A stretch of DNA of 64,000 nt, taken from the NCBI GenBank assembly GCA_964354345.1, contig CAYGZL010000032.1, positions 31,152 through 95,151 on the forward strand, written 5' to 3'. This document shows positions 18,525-29,328 of the stretch, piece after piece. Under the pieces are notes generated by a model, which saw only the letters and a list, made by a program, of their open reading frames with translations, was not told the DNA's origin and searched no databases. Positions within the stretch are counted from its first letter, which is position 1; the number at the start of each line of letters is the position of its first letter. Origin of the DNA: an uncultured Anaerolineaceae bacterium. Lineage in GTDB: Bacteria > Chloroflexota > Anaerolineae > Anaerolineales > UBA4823. A program made the translations under genes and the position numbers.

Positions 18525-19820
18525 TCATGGGGGAAGATGGTTATCATAAGCCTGATCCAGCACTTCCATGGTGTGATAAACCGGCAGCGGTTTACCTGCA
18601 GCCTGTAAGTACTTACGGATTTGCACAAGGCAGCCAATATTCCCGGCGGCCACAGCCTCTGCGCCGGTTTTAAGGATATTTTGCACCTTACGCCTGCCCA
18701 ACTCACTGGCTATCTCAGGCTGCTCCAGGTTGTAGGTCCCGGCTGAACCACAACAAGTCCCCCCATCGGATACTTCCAGCAAAGTCAGGTTAGGAATAGC
18801 GCTGAGTAGCTTGCGCGGCGCATCGGTAATGCCTTGCACATTCGATAAATGACAGGCATCGTGATAGGCCAGCTTGAGCGGTTGCGCCAGGGCTGGTGGC
18901 GTCATTAAACCGAGATTTGCCAAAAACTCGCTCACATCCTGTACCCGATGGGTAAATCTTTCCGTCAGGACCTGATCGGGTTGACCAGCAAAGAGTAGCG
19001 GGTAATTCTTCATCCCAGAACCACAACCCGCGGCATTGGTAAGAATCACATCCACATCATCGGGAAAAACAGTCAGGTTTTGACGAGCCAGCCGCAGCGC
19101 CTGCGCGCGGTAACGGCTATGCATCGATATTGCCCCGCAGCAACCCTGCCCGGCTGAAATAATAACCTCAACACCGTTTATCGCCAGCACTCGTAAGGTC
19201 ACCCAATTGATCTCCGGCGCCAATGCCTGCTGTACGCAGCCAATCAAAAGCGCCACGCGTGCCCGACGCAGGCCAATGGCAGGTGTCAAGGGCGGCAAGG
19301 GGCGCATGGGAGACAGATGATCGGGGAGCAGGGCCAACAGCCGTTGCCAGCTCTCCGGCAGCCAACCTTTGATCGGCTTCGCCAGGTTACCCAGCTTTGC
19401 CGCTGCAAGAAAACGTCCGGGGTAGGGAAGTGTATTCTGGAGCAGGGTTCGCCGCACCTTATCAGCCAGTGGGCGCTTAGTCCGCTGTTGAGCCATTAAG
19501 CGGAATGGCGCCAATAACTCACTGTAAGCCACCCCCGAAGGGCAGGCCGTAACACACGCCAGGCAACCTAAACAACGGTCAATGTAAGGCAATGTCTCCT
19601 GGTAAGTCAAAGTACCTTCCAAAACAGACTTCATCAAGACAATTCGCCCGCGTGGTGAGTCCATCTCTTCACCAAGCACCTGATATGTCGGACAGACCGG
19701 TAAGCAGAAACCACAATGCACACAAGTCTCAATCGCGTGCACCATCCCATGTGCCAGAGGTCCAATCGTTTGGGATAAGTCGTCTACTGCGATGGAATGT
19801 TGCATACAGAACCCTGACAC
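18525..19820 (-). CDS. glcF: Glycolate oxidase iron-sulfur subunit
   Basis: Two ferredoxin motifs (CVHCGFCLPVCP, CLGCLACVTACP) plus two cysteine-rich CCG domains. Follows glcD and glcE. Alternative start ATG 19805. Confidence 0.85.
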   Translation of the reverse strand: MSGFCMQHSIAVDDLSQTIGPLAHGMVHAIETCVHCGFCLPVCPTYQVLGEEMDSPRGRIVLMKSVLEGTLTYQETLPYIDRCLGCLACVTACPSGVAYSELLAPFRLMAQQRTKRPLADKVRRTLLQNTLPYPGRFLAAAKLGNLAKPIKGWLPESWQRLLALLPDHLSPMRPLPPLTPAIGLRRARVALLIGCVQQALAPEINWVTLRVLAINGVEVIISAGQGCCGAISMHSRYRAQALRLARQNLTVFPDDVDVILTNAAGCGSGMKNYPLLFAGQPDQVLTERFTHRVQDVSEFLANLGLMTPPALAQPLKLAYHDACHLSNVQGITDAPRKLLSAIPNLTLLEVSDGGTCCGSAGTYNLEQPEIASELGRRKVQNILKTGAEAVAAGNIGCLVQIRKYLQAAGKPLPVYHTMEVLDQAYDNHLPP

Positions 19821-19839
19821 TTATCAGATAATAATTCAG

Positions 19840-20943
19840 TTAATAATCGCCAAACCGTCTACCAGGGTCCAGGGCAGCTTTGATGCGCTTACAAAATGAC
19901 GCGCTCGGATCTACACCCAGTCGTATCCTGCCCGGCGCACCTAGAATTACTAACCCAGACAGTCCCTGATTTTCGAGCAATTGATCCAAACTGTTGATCT
20001 CCCCTTCGAAAGCCAACCAACCTACCTGACCCGCGCTACTATAACGGCGCAAAACAGTCCGGTCTTTGAATCCCTGCTCCAACCAACGATCCAAAACGGG
20101 AATACGCCGCGGTGTCAATGGCACTTTGACCAGATTCCAACCGGCAGGCACCCAGTCTAGCTCACGTACCTTATGCCATAGTACAACTTCCTGGGCGCTA
20201 CCAATTACCTCGCCAGTTCCCAGGAAGCTTCGTAAACGTTCCAGCCGCGCCGGTAAAGCGCTTGCCAATCCAGCCAGGCGGATCCAGACAACTGCTCCCA
20301 GTTGAACAGGTTCCAAATCTACTGCATCCAGGTCGAGATGCGCAGAAAACAGGCGTTGAATTGCCGAAAGAGCTTCTTCGAGGTTGGTGCAATCCAGGCG
20401 TAAAGTTGTATAAGCTTCCGGTTTAGGAAATACCTTAAAGGTTAATTCAACGAACGCTCCCATCCGCCCCAGGCTACCCACCATCAATTTCGGTAAATCG
20501 AAGCCGGCTGCGTTTTTTACTACCCTTCCACCAGCGTACACCACCTGCCCACTGCCATCGATATAACGGACTCCCAGGATAAAATCGCGCACGCCGCCAT
20601 AATGAAACCTGCCAGGACCACTTAAACCAGAGGCCACCGTTCCGCCCAAGGTCGCGCCGCGGGTCGTCAGGAGTGGATCGAAGGGCAGGTAATGACCGTG
20701 ATGGGCTAACAAGGGAATGACTTCTGCCAGGCGAGTACCGGCCTGGGCAGTAATGATATACTCTTCCGGCTCATACTCGATTACTCCTGAAAAACCAGTC
20801 ATATCCAGGCTTCTAAAACCACCCATCGGGCTGGAAAGGACGGGTTTGCTACCACCGCCGCGGGGTCGTATCCGTTCTGAAACGCGAGCAGCTTCCCGGA
20901 TAATTTCTTGAACCTCCACTAGTGAAGTTGGTTTGAGATTCAT
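19840..20943 (-). CDS. glcE: Glycolate oxidase FAD-binding subunit
   Basis: PCMH-type FAD-binding domain (RPRGGGSK..., VVKNAAGFDL). Sits between glcD and glcF. Confidence 0.8.
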   Translation of the reverse strand: MNLKPTSLVEVQEIIREAARVSERIRPRGGGSKPVLSSPMGGFRSLDMTGFSGVIEYEPEEYIITAQAGTRLAEVIPLLAHHGHYLPFDPLLTTRGATLGGTVASGLSGPGRFHYGGVRDFILGVRYIDGSGQVVYAGGRVVKNAAGFDLPKLMVGSLGRMGAFVELTFKVFPKPEAYTTLRLDCTNLEEALSAIQRLFSAHLDLDAVDLEPVQLGAVVWIRLAGLASALPARLERLRSFLGTGEVIGSAQEVVLWHKVRELDWVPAGWNLVKVPLTPRRIPVLDRWLEQGFKDRTVLRRYSSAGQVGWLAFEGEINSLDQLLENQGLSGLVILGAPGRIRLGVDPSASFCKRIKAALDPGRRFGDY

Positions 20944-20961
20944 TGGGCTCCCCCGTTCAGA

Positions 20962-22419
20962 CTATTCACGCGAATAGCCTCCCTCCCGTTCTAGCGGATG
21001 TGGGCCGCTATACCGCCGGAAAGGCGGCGAATTGGCCTCAGATGTCAGAAACACCTTTCCACGATTGGATAACTCAGCAGGATCCAATGCCCGCCGAAGC
21101 GCTCTCATCGTTTCCAGTGTGGTTGAATTGTACATTTTAACCAGATGGTTACGCTTTTCGATCCCCACACCATGCTCACCTGTGATCGAGCCTCCATATC
21201 GCAGGCACAGATCCAGGATTTCCCCGGCAAGTCGCTCAGCTCGTTGCAAACCATCTGACTCACGACCATCGTAAAGGATCAGTGGATGTAGATTGCCATC
21301 ACCCGCATGGAAGACATTCGCTACCCGCAGACCATAGCGTTGGCTGAGGATTTCAATTTCCACCAACGCTTCTCCCAGGCGACTGCGCGGTACCACACCA
21401 TCTTGAACAATAAAATCCGGACTGAGGCGACCAACCGCCGAGAACGCGCTTTTGCGCCCCTTCCATATCCGCTGGCGTTCGATTTCATCTTGCGCGACCC
21501 GAATTTCATCCGCCCCTGAGGCTTGCAGTACATCCATCAGACGAACAAACTCCGCCTCGACCTGGTACTGATCACCTTCCAACTCAACGATTAATAAGGC
21601 GGCTGCGCCAGGTGGGTAATTGGCGTGGACTGCCGCTTCAGCGGCCTGAATCGCCAGCCGGTCCATGATCTCAAGCGCGCCAGGTAGCAAACCAGAGGCT
21701 ACCACACGGGAAACTGCTTCTCCTGCGACTTGTAAGGTCGAATAAGCTGCCAGAACCGTCCGGTATACCTCGGGTTTTGGCATCAAGCGTAGCGTGATTT
21801 CCAGTGCAATACCAAACAGCCCTTCCGAACCGACGAACAATCCCACCAGGTCAGGACCGACCCCCTCCTGACTCTCGCCTCCCAGCTGCACCACTTCCCC
21901 CTCCGGCAAGACAGCCTTGATCCCCAGAACATGGTTGCTGGTCATGCCGTATTTCAAGCAGTGCGCACCACCCGAATTAAAGGCAACATTTCCGCCGATC
22001 GTGCAGATCGCCTGGCTAGATGGATCTGGTGCATAGTACAGCCCATACGGCGCAGCAGCTTTGCTGACTTCCTGGTTAATCACCCCCGGTTCGACCACCG
22101 CAAACCTTTCCAGAGGATCCAGACGCAGGATACGGTTCAACCGGTTGAGTGCAATTAAAATCCCCTCCTGGATTGGCAACGATCCTCCCGAGAGACTCGT
22201 TCCACTACCGCGCGCTACAAACGGCACTTTGTGCTGGCTGCATAAAAGGACCGTCTCGATTACCTCCACCTGGTATTCGGGTATTACTACCGCCAGCGGA
22301 CGGGTATGATAAGCTGTCAGGCCATCGGATTCATAAGGAACTAGTTGGGCATGTTCGACAAATAAACGATCCGGAGGATACAAGCGTGCCAGGGCGGTCA
22401 AGAAAGCGTGTGGATCCAT
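20962..22419 (-). CDS. glcD: Glycolate oxidase subunit GlcD (FAD-linked oxidase)
   Basis: [25 protein letters not shown] and GEHGVGIEK. The ORF extends to 22509, but its first 30 codons look non-coding and ATG 22419 aligns with the family N-terminus. Confidence 0.85.
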   Translation of the reverse strand: MDPHAFLTALARLYPPDRLFVEHAQLVPYESDGLTAYHTRPLAVVIPEYQVEVIETVLLCSQHKVPFVARGSGTSLSGGSLPIQEGILIALNRLNRILRLDPLERFAVVEPGVINQEVSKAAAPYGLYYAPDPSSQAICTIGGNVAFNSGGAHCLKYGMTSNHVLGIKAVLPEGEVVQLGGESQEGVGPDLVGLFVGSEGLFGIALEITLRLMPKPEVYRTVLAAYSTLQVAGEAVSRVVASGLLPGALEIMDRLAIQAAEAAVHANYPPGAAALLIVELEGDQYQVEAEFVRLMDVLQASGADEIRVAQDEIERQRIWKGRKSAFSAVGRLSPDFIVQDGVVPRSRLGEALVEIEILSQRYGLRVANVFHAGDGNLHPLILYDGRESDGLQRAERLAGEILDLCLRYGGSITGEHGVGIEKRNHLVKMYNSTTLETMRALRRALDPAELSNRGKVFLTSEANSPPFRRYSGPHPLEREGGYSRE

Positions 22420-22627
22420 CAGTCTCTCTACGGGATATCGGGAATGGATGACTATAATGGCGGAACTATTATTCCATCCTAGTTTAGCATCAAAAGCCAT
22501 GACTTTCAAGCATAGGCTAATCAGATTCCTTCGCTCAAAACTATGACAAAACGGCGCGAATCAGATGACCTTTGTCATTTGACACACCTGACCGAGTGGA
22601 ATAACTTATATAGGATATCTACGATGA

Positions 22628-22828
<201 letters not shown>

Positions 22829-22846
22829 GATAAAACGAAACTACAC

Positions 22847-22910
22847 TGCGGAATGATTGTTCCGCAATGAAAACCCGGATTATTGGGGTGGGTCGCATTG
22901 ACTCACCCCA
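22847..22910 (+). terminator. Two hairpins after the ferredoxin gene (weak terminator candidates)
   Basis: TGCGGAA-6-TTCCGCA at 22847..22866 and TGGGGTG-13-CACCCCA at 22884..22910. Neither has a clean U-tract. Confidence 0.3.
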
Positions 22911-23031
22911 TATCTGTTTAATTTCATAATAAGATATAATTTGTTCAGCTCAGTCTATTCCCGACTGAATATTTGCTGGTTAAAATAAATTACCTAACAA
23001 GAGTAGAATTGATCCTTATGAGCAGATCCCA

Positions 23032-23958
23032 ATGTCAGCAATAACGGATTTTTTTCGTCGATTACTCAAACGTCGTGCGGCTCAAAAACCCGGTACATCC
23101 ACCAGTACGCTCCGGTTTGAAGAAACGCCATCGCAACTGGCATCGACAATCATCGAAGTAGCCCCTGGTGCTGGGGAGCAATCAGTTTATCAAACACTCC
23201 GGGTAGCCACTGCGCAATCGGTGGGTAAGCAACGGATACATAACGAAGACGCGCTCTTCACCTGGACACCACAAACTGGGGATGATTACCAGGAACCAAT
23301 TGGTTTCTATGTCATTGCAGATGGAATGGGTGGTCAAGCACACGGAGACCTGGCCAGCCAGCTGGCTATCCAGGTGGTTAGCAAGCGCATAAAAGAGGCC
23401 ATTAATAGCAATTGGCAAAATGCAGATCAAACCCCGACGGATGATACAGTCAAAGAATTTCTGATAAACACGGTCAAAGAAGCCCATCAGGCAGTCGTTC
23501 ATGATGTTCCGGGAGGCGGAACTACGCTTACCGCTGTACTGATCCTGGGCAGGCAGATGATTATTGCGCATGTCGGTGATACTCGCTTATATCAGATCAG
23601 CCCTGACAAATCCATACAAATCTTGACCCGCGATCATTCGTTGGTGAAACGCCTGGTCGAACTCCATCAGATCACTGAAGAAGAAGCTGTAACTCATCCT
23701 CAGCGCAATGTTCTATACCGGGCGTTAGGCCAGAGCGAGCCCCTAGAGGTTGATTTGAAAGTAATCCCGCTGCCCGACTGCGGTTATTTACTTTTATGCA
23801 CAGATGGCTTGTGGGGTGTTGTTCAGGAATCCGAGATGGTCAGGTTGGTATGCGAGTCATCTACTCTCGACCTGGCGTGCCAACACCTCATCGCGGCAGC
23901 AAACGAGGCTGGAGGACCAGACAATATCTCCGTCATCCTGGTTGCTTTGCCAGCTTGA
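23032..23958 (+). CDS. PP2C-family Ser/Thr protein phosphatase
   Basis: NEDALF, VIADGMGGQAHGDLAS, GGTTLTAVLI, AHVGDTRLY, LLCTDGLW, GGPDNISVILV. Confidence 0.93.
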   Translation: MSAITDFFRRLLKRRAAQKPGTSTSTLRFEETPSQLASTIIEVAPGAGEQSVYQTLRVATAQSVGKQRIHNEDALFTWTPQTGDDYQEPIGFYVIADGMGGQAHGDLASQLAIQVVSKRIKEAINSNWQNADQTPTDDTVKEFLINTVKEAHQAVVHDVPGGGTTLTAVLILGRQMIIAHVGDTRLYQISPDKSIQILTRDHSLVKRLVELHQITEEEAVTHPQRNVLYRALGQSEPLEVDLKVIPLPDCGYLLLCTDGLWGVVQESEMVRLVCESSTLDLACQHLIAAANEAGGPDNISVILVALPA

Positions 23959-24023
23959 TCCGTATGTGAAATGAAATATAAACGAATCGCAGATAAAGGT
24001 TTACGCATATCAAAGGAGAAACG

Positions 24024-24761
24024 ATGACCGATACTCGATTCCGAGGCCGGCGGATTCTGGTAGTAGATGATGAAGAACGCATGGTGCGTTTTATCCGGTT
24101 GAACCTGGAGCATGATGGCTTTGAGGTGGTTGAGGCTTTCACCGGTAACCAGGCCATAAATCGGGTCCGCAGCAACCTGCCAGATTTGATCTTATTGGAC
24201 ATTATGCTCCCTGACTTAGATGGCTTTGAAATATTACGGATTATCCGCGAAGTAAGCACAGTTCCGGTGATTATGTTAACTGCCAAGGGGGAAGAAGAGG
24301 ACCGGGTGCGCGGATTAGAATTGGGCGCAGACGACTATATTACCAAACCATTTAGCCCGCGTGAACTGGTCAGTCGTGTACGGGCTGTCTTACGCCGAAC
24401 CGAGCTGACCAGCGGCGGCACCCACGGTTTAATTGTGGTTGACGAGCATCTTAAGATTGATTTCGATCGTCACGAAGTCTGGTTGGACGGTAAACTTGTT
24501 CAACTCCGTCCGACAGAATATCGGTTACTCTACCATCTGGTACAAAATACAGGGTGGGTCATCTCTCACGACCAACTGTTGGCGAAGGTCTGGGGATATG
24601 AGTACCGGGACGAACCCCATTATGTGCGCTTATATATCAACTACCTGCGCAAGAAGTTGGAACAGGATCCCGCAAATCCTAAATATATCATGACCGAGCG
24701 CGGCGCCGGCTACCGTTTCGTTGATTTTCGCCGGGACAAATTGGACAAATCCACTAAATAA
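24024..24761 (+). CDS. OmpR-family response regulator
   Basis: Receiver domain (ILVVDDEE, LILLDIMLPDLDG, LTAKG) plus a winged-helix output (RPTEYRLLYHL, GAGYRF). Confidence 0.93.
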   Translation: MTDTRFRGRRILVVDDEERMVRFIRLNLEHDGFEVVEAFTGNQAINRVRSNLPDLILLDIMLPDLDGFEILRIIREVSTVPVIMLTAKGEEEDRVRGLELGADDYITKPFSPRELVSRVRAVLRRTELTSGGTHGLIVVDEHLKIDFDRHEVWLDGKLVQLRPTEYRLLYHLVQNTGWVISHDQLLAKVWGYEYRDEPHYVRLYINYLRKKLEQDPANPKYIMTERGAGYRFVDFRRDKLDKSTK

Positions 24762-24827
24762 AGAATTTCAACCGCCTTGTCATTCAACAAGGGATCGGCT
24801 ATGCGCTTAACAAAGGAGAGAAATATA

Positions 24828-25481
24828 GTGGCAAAACAGCGGATTTTATTGGTAGATGACCACGAAGTTGTACGCCTGGGTCTAAAAGCACTGCTTGAGC
24901 GACACCCCCACTTCGAAGTCGTCGCCGAAGCCAGCACAGCCCGAGAAGCCGTCGAACAGGTCGAGGCGCTCAAACCCGATGTCGTAGTCATGGATATTCG
25001 CTTGCCGGGGGGATCCGGGATTGAAGCCTGCGAAGAAATCGCCGATAAATACCCCAATTCAAAAGTTATTATGCTGACATCCTATGCCGAAGATGAAATG
25101 CTGTTTTCAGCCATCCGCGCTGGAGCTTCTGGTTACGTACTCAAACAAATTGGCGGCGAGGACCTCGTCAGGGCAATTGAGGCAGTGGGACGGGGAGAAG
25201 CCTTGCTCGATCCTGCCGTCACGCAACGGATCTTTCAGGAAGTCCGTAAAGCCGCTAAAGAAGAGGAAGCTTCAGCTTTCTCTGGTTTAACCCAGCAGGA
25301 GAAACATGTGCTGTTGCTAGTTTCCGAAGGCAAAACGAATCGGGAAATTGCTAAAGCTTTATTCCTGGGTGAGGGCACTGTCCGTAACTATGTCAGTAGC
25401 ATCCTCTCTAAATTAGGGGTGAGTAACCGCGCTGAAGCAGCCGCTTACGCGGTTGAGCATAACTTGCGCGACTATCTCTAA
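24828..25481 (+). CDS. NarL/LuxR-family response regulator
   Basis: Receiver domain ([23 protein letters not shown]) plus a LuxR HTH ([22 protein letters not shown]...[15 protein letters not shown]). GTG 24828 has AAAGGAGAG 7 nt upstream. The track start 24777 lacks an RBS. Confidence 0.9.
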   Translation: MAKQRILLVDDHEVVRLGLKALLERHPHFEVVAEASTAREAVEQVEALKPDVVVMDIRLPGGSGIEACEEIADKYPNSKVIMLTSYAEDEMLFSAIRAGASGYVLKQIGGEDLVRAIEAVGRGEALLDPAVTQRIFQEVRKAAKEEEASAFSGLTQQEKHVLLLVSEGKTNREIAKALFLGEGTVRNYVSSILSKLGVSNRAEAAAYAVEHNLRDYL

Positions 25482-25508
25482 TCAGGCTGAGATCGACTCG
25501 ATTTACAA

Positions 25509-26006
25509 TCAAGGTTGTTGCACGACCCCCAGGTAATTTGCCACAGCCCAGCCGCGCCGCGTAGCTTCATATAATCCAACCAGATACCACCAGGTGTATC
25601 CATCGCTTTCGCGCGGACCATCCTTGACCTGAAAAACCTCATCCTCCGCCCCTAATAAACGCACTTCACTTTCTACTCCTGGATCTGTCCGTAAGCGTAA
25701 CCCATCGCCGCCAGTTCCAGTTATTTGTACATAGGCATCTAGAGTAATCACGCCCGGTGCGGGAGCGGGTGGGACCAGACGTGTCGGTGTTGGGGTGGGT
25801 AATGGTATCGTCGGTTCTGGAGAAGGTGTATCGGTCGGGGCGGGAATCACATTAACCACCGCAGTCGCTGGCCCAGCCACTGATGGACCTGGCCTGGTAA
25901 ACCAGAGCAGAGCGAATGCAGCAGCGAACAACACAACCGCGAATAAAATCGCTCCCCCAATCACCCAGATATTAAAAAATCCACGCATCCACATAAAACG
26001 GTTCAT
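25509..26006 (-). CDS. Membrane-anchored SH3b-domain protein
   Basis: TM helix (FFNIWVIGGAILFAVVLFAAAFALLWF), a Pro-rich linker, and an SH3-like C-terminus (YVQITGTGGDGLRLRTDPG...YTWWYL). Confidence 0.7.
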   Translation of the reverse strand: MNRFMWMRGFFNIWVIGGAILFAVVLFAAAFALLWFTRPGPSVAGPATAVVNVIPAPTDTPSPEPTIPLPTPTPTRLVPPAPAPGVITLDAYVQITGTGGDGLRLRTDPGVESEVRLLGAEDEVFQVKDGPRESDGYTWWYLVGLYEATRRGWAVANYLGVVQQP

Positions 26007-26010
26007 ATCA

Positions 26011-27135
26011 TTAATATGGTAGCAAGAAAAATGCCAATCCCAGGATTAGGTAAATGGCTAGTAGCTCTGCTCCTTCCAACCAATTAGATTCACCATCAGA
26101 AGAGACCAAGGCGCTCACAATCACACCGGCGATTAACGCCAATAGTTCGAATATATTAAATATTAAATGCAATGGATGCCCTAAAACCAGGCTGATAAAA
26201 ACCAGGACAGGTGCCACAAACAAGGCAATTTGTAGACTGGAGGAAATAGCTATTTCTACACTCAAATCCATCTGATTCCGGATAGCAACCCGTACTGCCA
26301 CCAGGTGTTCAGCCACATTACCAATAATGGGGATAAGGATGATACCTAAGAAAAATTCTGAAACCCCCAGGCTGGCCACAACAGGTTCCACTGCCCCAAC
26401 TAATAGCTCGCTCATGTAAGCCACGCCTACAGTTGAAAGAAGCAGGATAATAACAGCCGTGCGCACTGTCCAGTTTGAATGATTATAGCTACGCGATAGA
26501 TCGGAGGGTGGCAGAGGTTGTTCGGCGTTGGCAGTCTCTACTACCGCTTCACCCCCTAAAGGTCCGTTATGCATCCGGAAACTGTAGAGGATACCCAATG
26601 CATATAACAAAATCATGACACCGGCCGTCCCAAGGCTAAGCGCTTCTACCTTCAGGCTGTCTTCTGGTCCAATCGATGCACTCACCAGGGAGGGGATAAG
26701 CATGGCCAGGGTTGCCAGAACTAACAGGATTGCGTTGTTACTGGCCTGGCGCCGGTCAAATTTTTGAATGCCGTTGCGTAGTCCGCCTAAGAACAAGGAC
26801 ATGCCTAGAACCAGAAGAATATTCCCCAGGATAGACCCTGTTATCGAAGCTTTGACCAGGTCCAATAACCCCTCACGGATGGCGGTAATGGTAATGATTA
26901 ATTCAGCAGCGTTCCCTAAAGTAGCGTTCAACAGTCCACCCAGGCGGGGTCCGGTATAAGCTGCTAAAACCTCGGTTGAAACGCCGATATATCGAGCCAG
27001 TGGGACCAAAGATAAAGCTGATAAAACAAATACAGTTACGGGTGTCCAGCTGAGTAATTGAGCCAGAACCGCCACCGGTACGATTAAGAGTAATAAATTA
27101 AGAGGGTCAGAACGGAAAAATTTATACACCCGCAT
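26011..27135 (-). CDS. Ca2+/H+ antiporter (CAX/ChaA family)
   Basis: About 11 TM segments and two alpha-repeat motifs, GNAAELIITI and GNVAEHLVAV. Confidence 0.88.
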   Translation of the reverse strand: MRVYKFFRSDPLNLLLLIVPVAVLAQLLSWTPVTVFVLSALSLVPLARYIGVSTEVLAAYTGPRLGGLLNATLGNAAELIITITAIREGLLDLVKASITGSILGNILLVLGMSLFLGGLRNGIQKFDRRQASNNAILLVLATLAMLIPSLVSASIGPEDSLKVEALSLGTAGVMILLYALGILYSFRMHNGPLGGEAVVETANAEQPLPPSDLSRSYNHSNWTVRTAVIILLLSTVGVAYMSELLVGAVEPVVASLGVSEFFLGIILIPIIGNVAEHLVAVRVAIRNQMDLSVEIAISSSLQIALFVAPVLVFISLVLGHPLHLIFNIFELLALIAGVIVSALVSSDGESNWLEGAELLAIYLILGLAFFLLPY

Positions 27136-27231
27136 ATGGATAAATACTCAAGCGTGTTCAAAATTCGGGTTCATGAATAGCTAGATTTTAACCGAAATTT
27201 AAACCTGGTGGGTGATTACTTCTTACCCCCT

Positions 27232-27240
27232 TGGTATAAT
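27232..27240 (+). promoter_or_regulatory. Extended -10 promoter element upstream of the kinase gene
   Basis: TGGTATAAT (TGn-TATAAT) lies 32 nt before ATG 27272. The -35 is weak (GTGATT). The short leader has no obvious SD. Confidence 0.4.
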
Positions 27241-27271
27241 ATAAAGTAGCTGCACTCAAATCAGACAAATT

Positions 27272-28393
27272 ATGTCAGAAACTGTTATCCTAAACAATCG
27301 TTATGCACTTGGAGATCCCCAGGGTACGGGAGGTATGGCGATAGTTTACCGCGCGTATGACCGGATGCTGGAAAGAACTGTTGCAATCAAAATATTGCGT
27401 AAAGATCTCTCGCGAGACCCGGAATTTCGTCAACGGTTCCATCAGGAAGCAAAAGCTGCTGCAAACCTCTCTCACCCTAACATTGTAACAATTCACGATT
27501 TTGGTCTGGACAACGATCAACTATTCATCGTGATGGAATATGTACCTGGCCTCGATCTTAAGTCAATCCTGCAAGCGCGCCATCGGCTCGAGGTTGACGA
27601 GGCAGTCGCTTTAATCATCCAATGCTGCGCTGGAATCGGTTACGCTCACCGGGCAGGGATCGTCCATTGCGATGTCAAGCCACAAAACATGTTGGTCACT
27701 CCGGATAAACGCCTCAAAGTTGTCGACTTCGGCATTGCACGGGCGTTGGCCTCTATCAACCCCAGCGAGCATAATGAGGTGGTGTGGGGTTCACCACAAT
27801 ATTTTTCGCCCGAGCAAGCCTGCGGCCTGGCCCCTTCCCCTGCCTCGGATGTCTACTCCCTGGGTGTGGTCATGTACGAGCTACTCACCGGACAACTTCC
27901 TTTCACAGCCAAAACTGCTGAAGAATTAGCCCACCTGCATCGAGATATTCCACCCATCCCACCGCGCCAGTTGAATCCCGCTATCCCAGCACCTCTGGAA
28001 CAAATCATCCTGAAAGTGCTCTCAAAGGAGCCTTCTGCACGATATCGTACAGCCGATCAAATGGGGCGTGTCCTGGTAACAATTACCCAGGCACCACCGC
28101 CTGATACTGTAATAGCCTCATATAGTGAATCACCGGCCAGCACAGGTGTAACATCCAGCGTTGTCCCACCTGTGCCTGCCCCGGTTCCCCAACCTGTCGA
28201 TCATCCATCACGCAAGACTCCACAGACCGCTCATCCACACGATACCAAACCCACAAGAACACCTGCCCTCGCTGATGGTGCAGTAAATATCGATTGGGTT
28301 ACCTGGCTGCTTGCTTTATTGACATTGATCACGGTAGGCGGACTCATCCCCTTTTGGTTGTGGGTTTATTATGTACTCAAACCACCCATTTAA
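27272..28393 (+). CDS. Hanks-type Ser/Thr protein kinase, C-terminally membrane-anchored
   Basis: G-loop GTGGMAIVYRA, VAIK, catalytic loop IVHCDVKPQNML (non-RD: Cys replaces Arg), DFG, SPE. A Pro-rich linker and a single C-terminal TM (WVTWLLALLTLITVGGLIPFWLWVYYVL) leave about 6 extracytoplasmic residues. Confidence 0.93.
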   Translation: MSETVILNNRYALGDPQGTGGMAIVYRAYDRMLERTVAIKILRKDLSRDPEFRQRFHQEAKAAANLSHPNIVTIHDFGLDNDQLFIVMEYVPGLDLKSILQARHRLEVDEAVALIIQCCAGIGYAHRAGIVHCDVKPQNMLVTPDKRLKVVDFGIARALASINPSEHNEVVWGSPQYFSPEQACGLAPSPASDVYSLGVVMYELLTGQLPFTAKTAEELAHLHRDIPPIPPRQLNPAIPAPLEQIILKVLSKEPSARYRTADQMGRVLVTITQAPPPDTVIASYSESPASTGVTSSVVPPVPAPVPQPVDHPSRKTPQTAHPHDTKPTRTPALADGAVNIDWVTWLLALLTLITVGGLIPFWLWVYYVLKPPI

Positions 28394-28395
28394 AC

Positions 28396-28423
28396 GAAAA
28401 TCACGGCTCAAGCCGCGATTTTC
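28396..28423. terminator. Hairpin between the convergent kinase and rpmB genes (bidirectional terminator candidate)
   Basis: GAAAATCACGGC-TCAA-GCCGCGATTTTC: a 12-bp stem with one mismatch. Confidence 0.45.
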
Positions 28424-28455
28424 TAACAGCGATGTGAGGAAAAGTAAAGACAATC

Positions 28456-28641
28456 TTATGAGGAAGTCTTGACTAAAGTGCGGATGCACTTGGCACATAA
28501 CACTTTCCGAACCTTACGACCATCTTCGATCACAGTGATGGTTTGGAGATTCGGACGGAAAGTGCGATGCGTCGCCTTCTTAGACCACGGGCGATTGAGT
28601 CCAAAAGTTGTTGCTTTTCCACAATGTGCACACTTGGCCAT
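28456..28641 (-). CDS. rpmB: 50S ribosomal protein L28
   Basis: MAKCAHCGKATTFGLNRPWSKKATHRTFRPNLQ... Confidence 0.93.
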   Translation of the reverse strand: MAKCAHCGKATTFGLNRPWSKKATHRTFRPNLQTITVIEDGRKVRKVLCAKCIRTLVKTSS

Positions 28642-28707
28642 CTGACAAAATCCTTTCCAACATGAGGTGGCATGCGTGTTATATAATAGATTAATTCTTC
28701 AAAACAC

Positions 28708-28735
28708 TTGACCCTGAAGAAGAACCGGATAATAT
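28708..28735 (+). promoter_or_regulatory. Sigma-70-like promoter candidate for the asp23-yloV-degV-recG-coaD cluster
   Basis: TTGACC (28708..28713), a 16-nt spacer, then TAATAT (28730..28735). Confidence 0.4.
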
Positions 28736-28869
28736 TACCATAAAGGTGAATGGATATCAAGCTCGTTTAGCTGTTGGATTTTCTCGTCATATGCATTCAC
28801 CCAATATTCTCCTGAGAGACATGTGTATCTTAACTAATCTAGATCTGAACAAAGTAAACGAGAAATGCT

Positions 28870-29226
28870 ATGACGGATGAAACAACACCCCTGGGTAGTA
28901 TCCATGTTGCCCCGCGTGCGATCGCAACCATTGCCTATCATGCCGCTCTCCAATCGTATGGCGTCGTCGGGTTGACATCAAAGAATTTAGTCGAAGGCCT
29001 GACCCAGGCCCTGGTTAAAGATCCTACGAATGGCGTCCAGGTTGAATACGATGGCCTGAACATCAATATCGACTTATACGTGATTATTGAGTATGGTACC
29101 CGGATTAAGTCGGTTGCCAACAGTGTTAAAAATAGCGTGCGGTACCAGGTAGAAAAAGCGCTGGGCATGCCAGTCAACACGATTAATGTTCATGTCCAAG
29201 GCTTACGCATCAGTAACGCTGATTGA
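28870..29226 (+). CDS. Asp23/Gls24-family alkaline shock protein
   Basis: IHVAPRAIATIAYHAALQSYGVVGL... Lies between rpmB and a DAK2 gene, as in Firmicutes yloU. Confidence 0.85.
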   Translation: MTDETTPLGSIHVAPRAIATIAYHAALQSYGVVGLTSKNLVEGLTQALVKDPTNGVQVEYDGLNINIDLYVIIEYGTRIKSVANSVKNSVRYQVEKALGMPVNTINVHVQGLRISNAD

Positions 29227-29328
29227 GTAATTACATGAATTTCATGATGAAGGTCTGCCTGAATGGTAAATCATTATAAAGCAAATGTCATGATTCACGG
29301 ATACTCGTTATTATAGGAGTTTTATTTA

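Noticed and set aside
28530-28760. A 76-aa minus-strand ORF overlapping rpmB and its upstream region.
   Set aside because: It is out of frame with, and overlaps, the clearly recognisable L28 gene, and it has no motif support.
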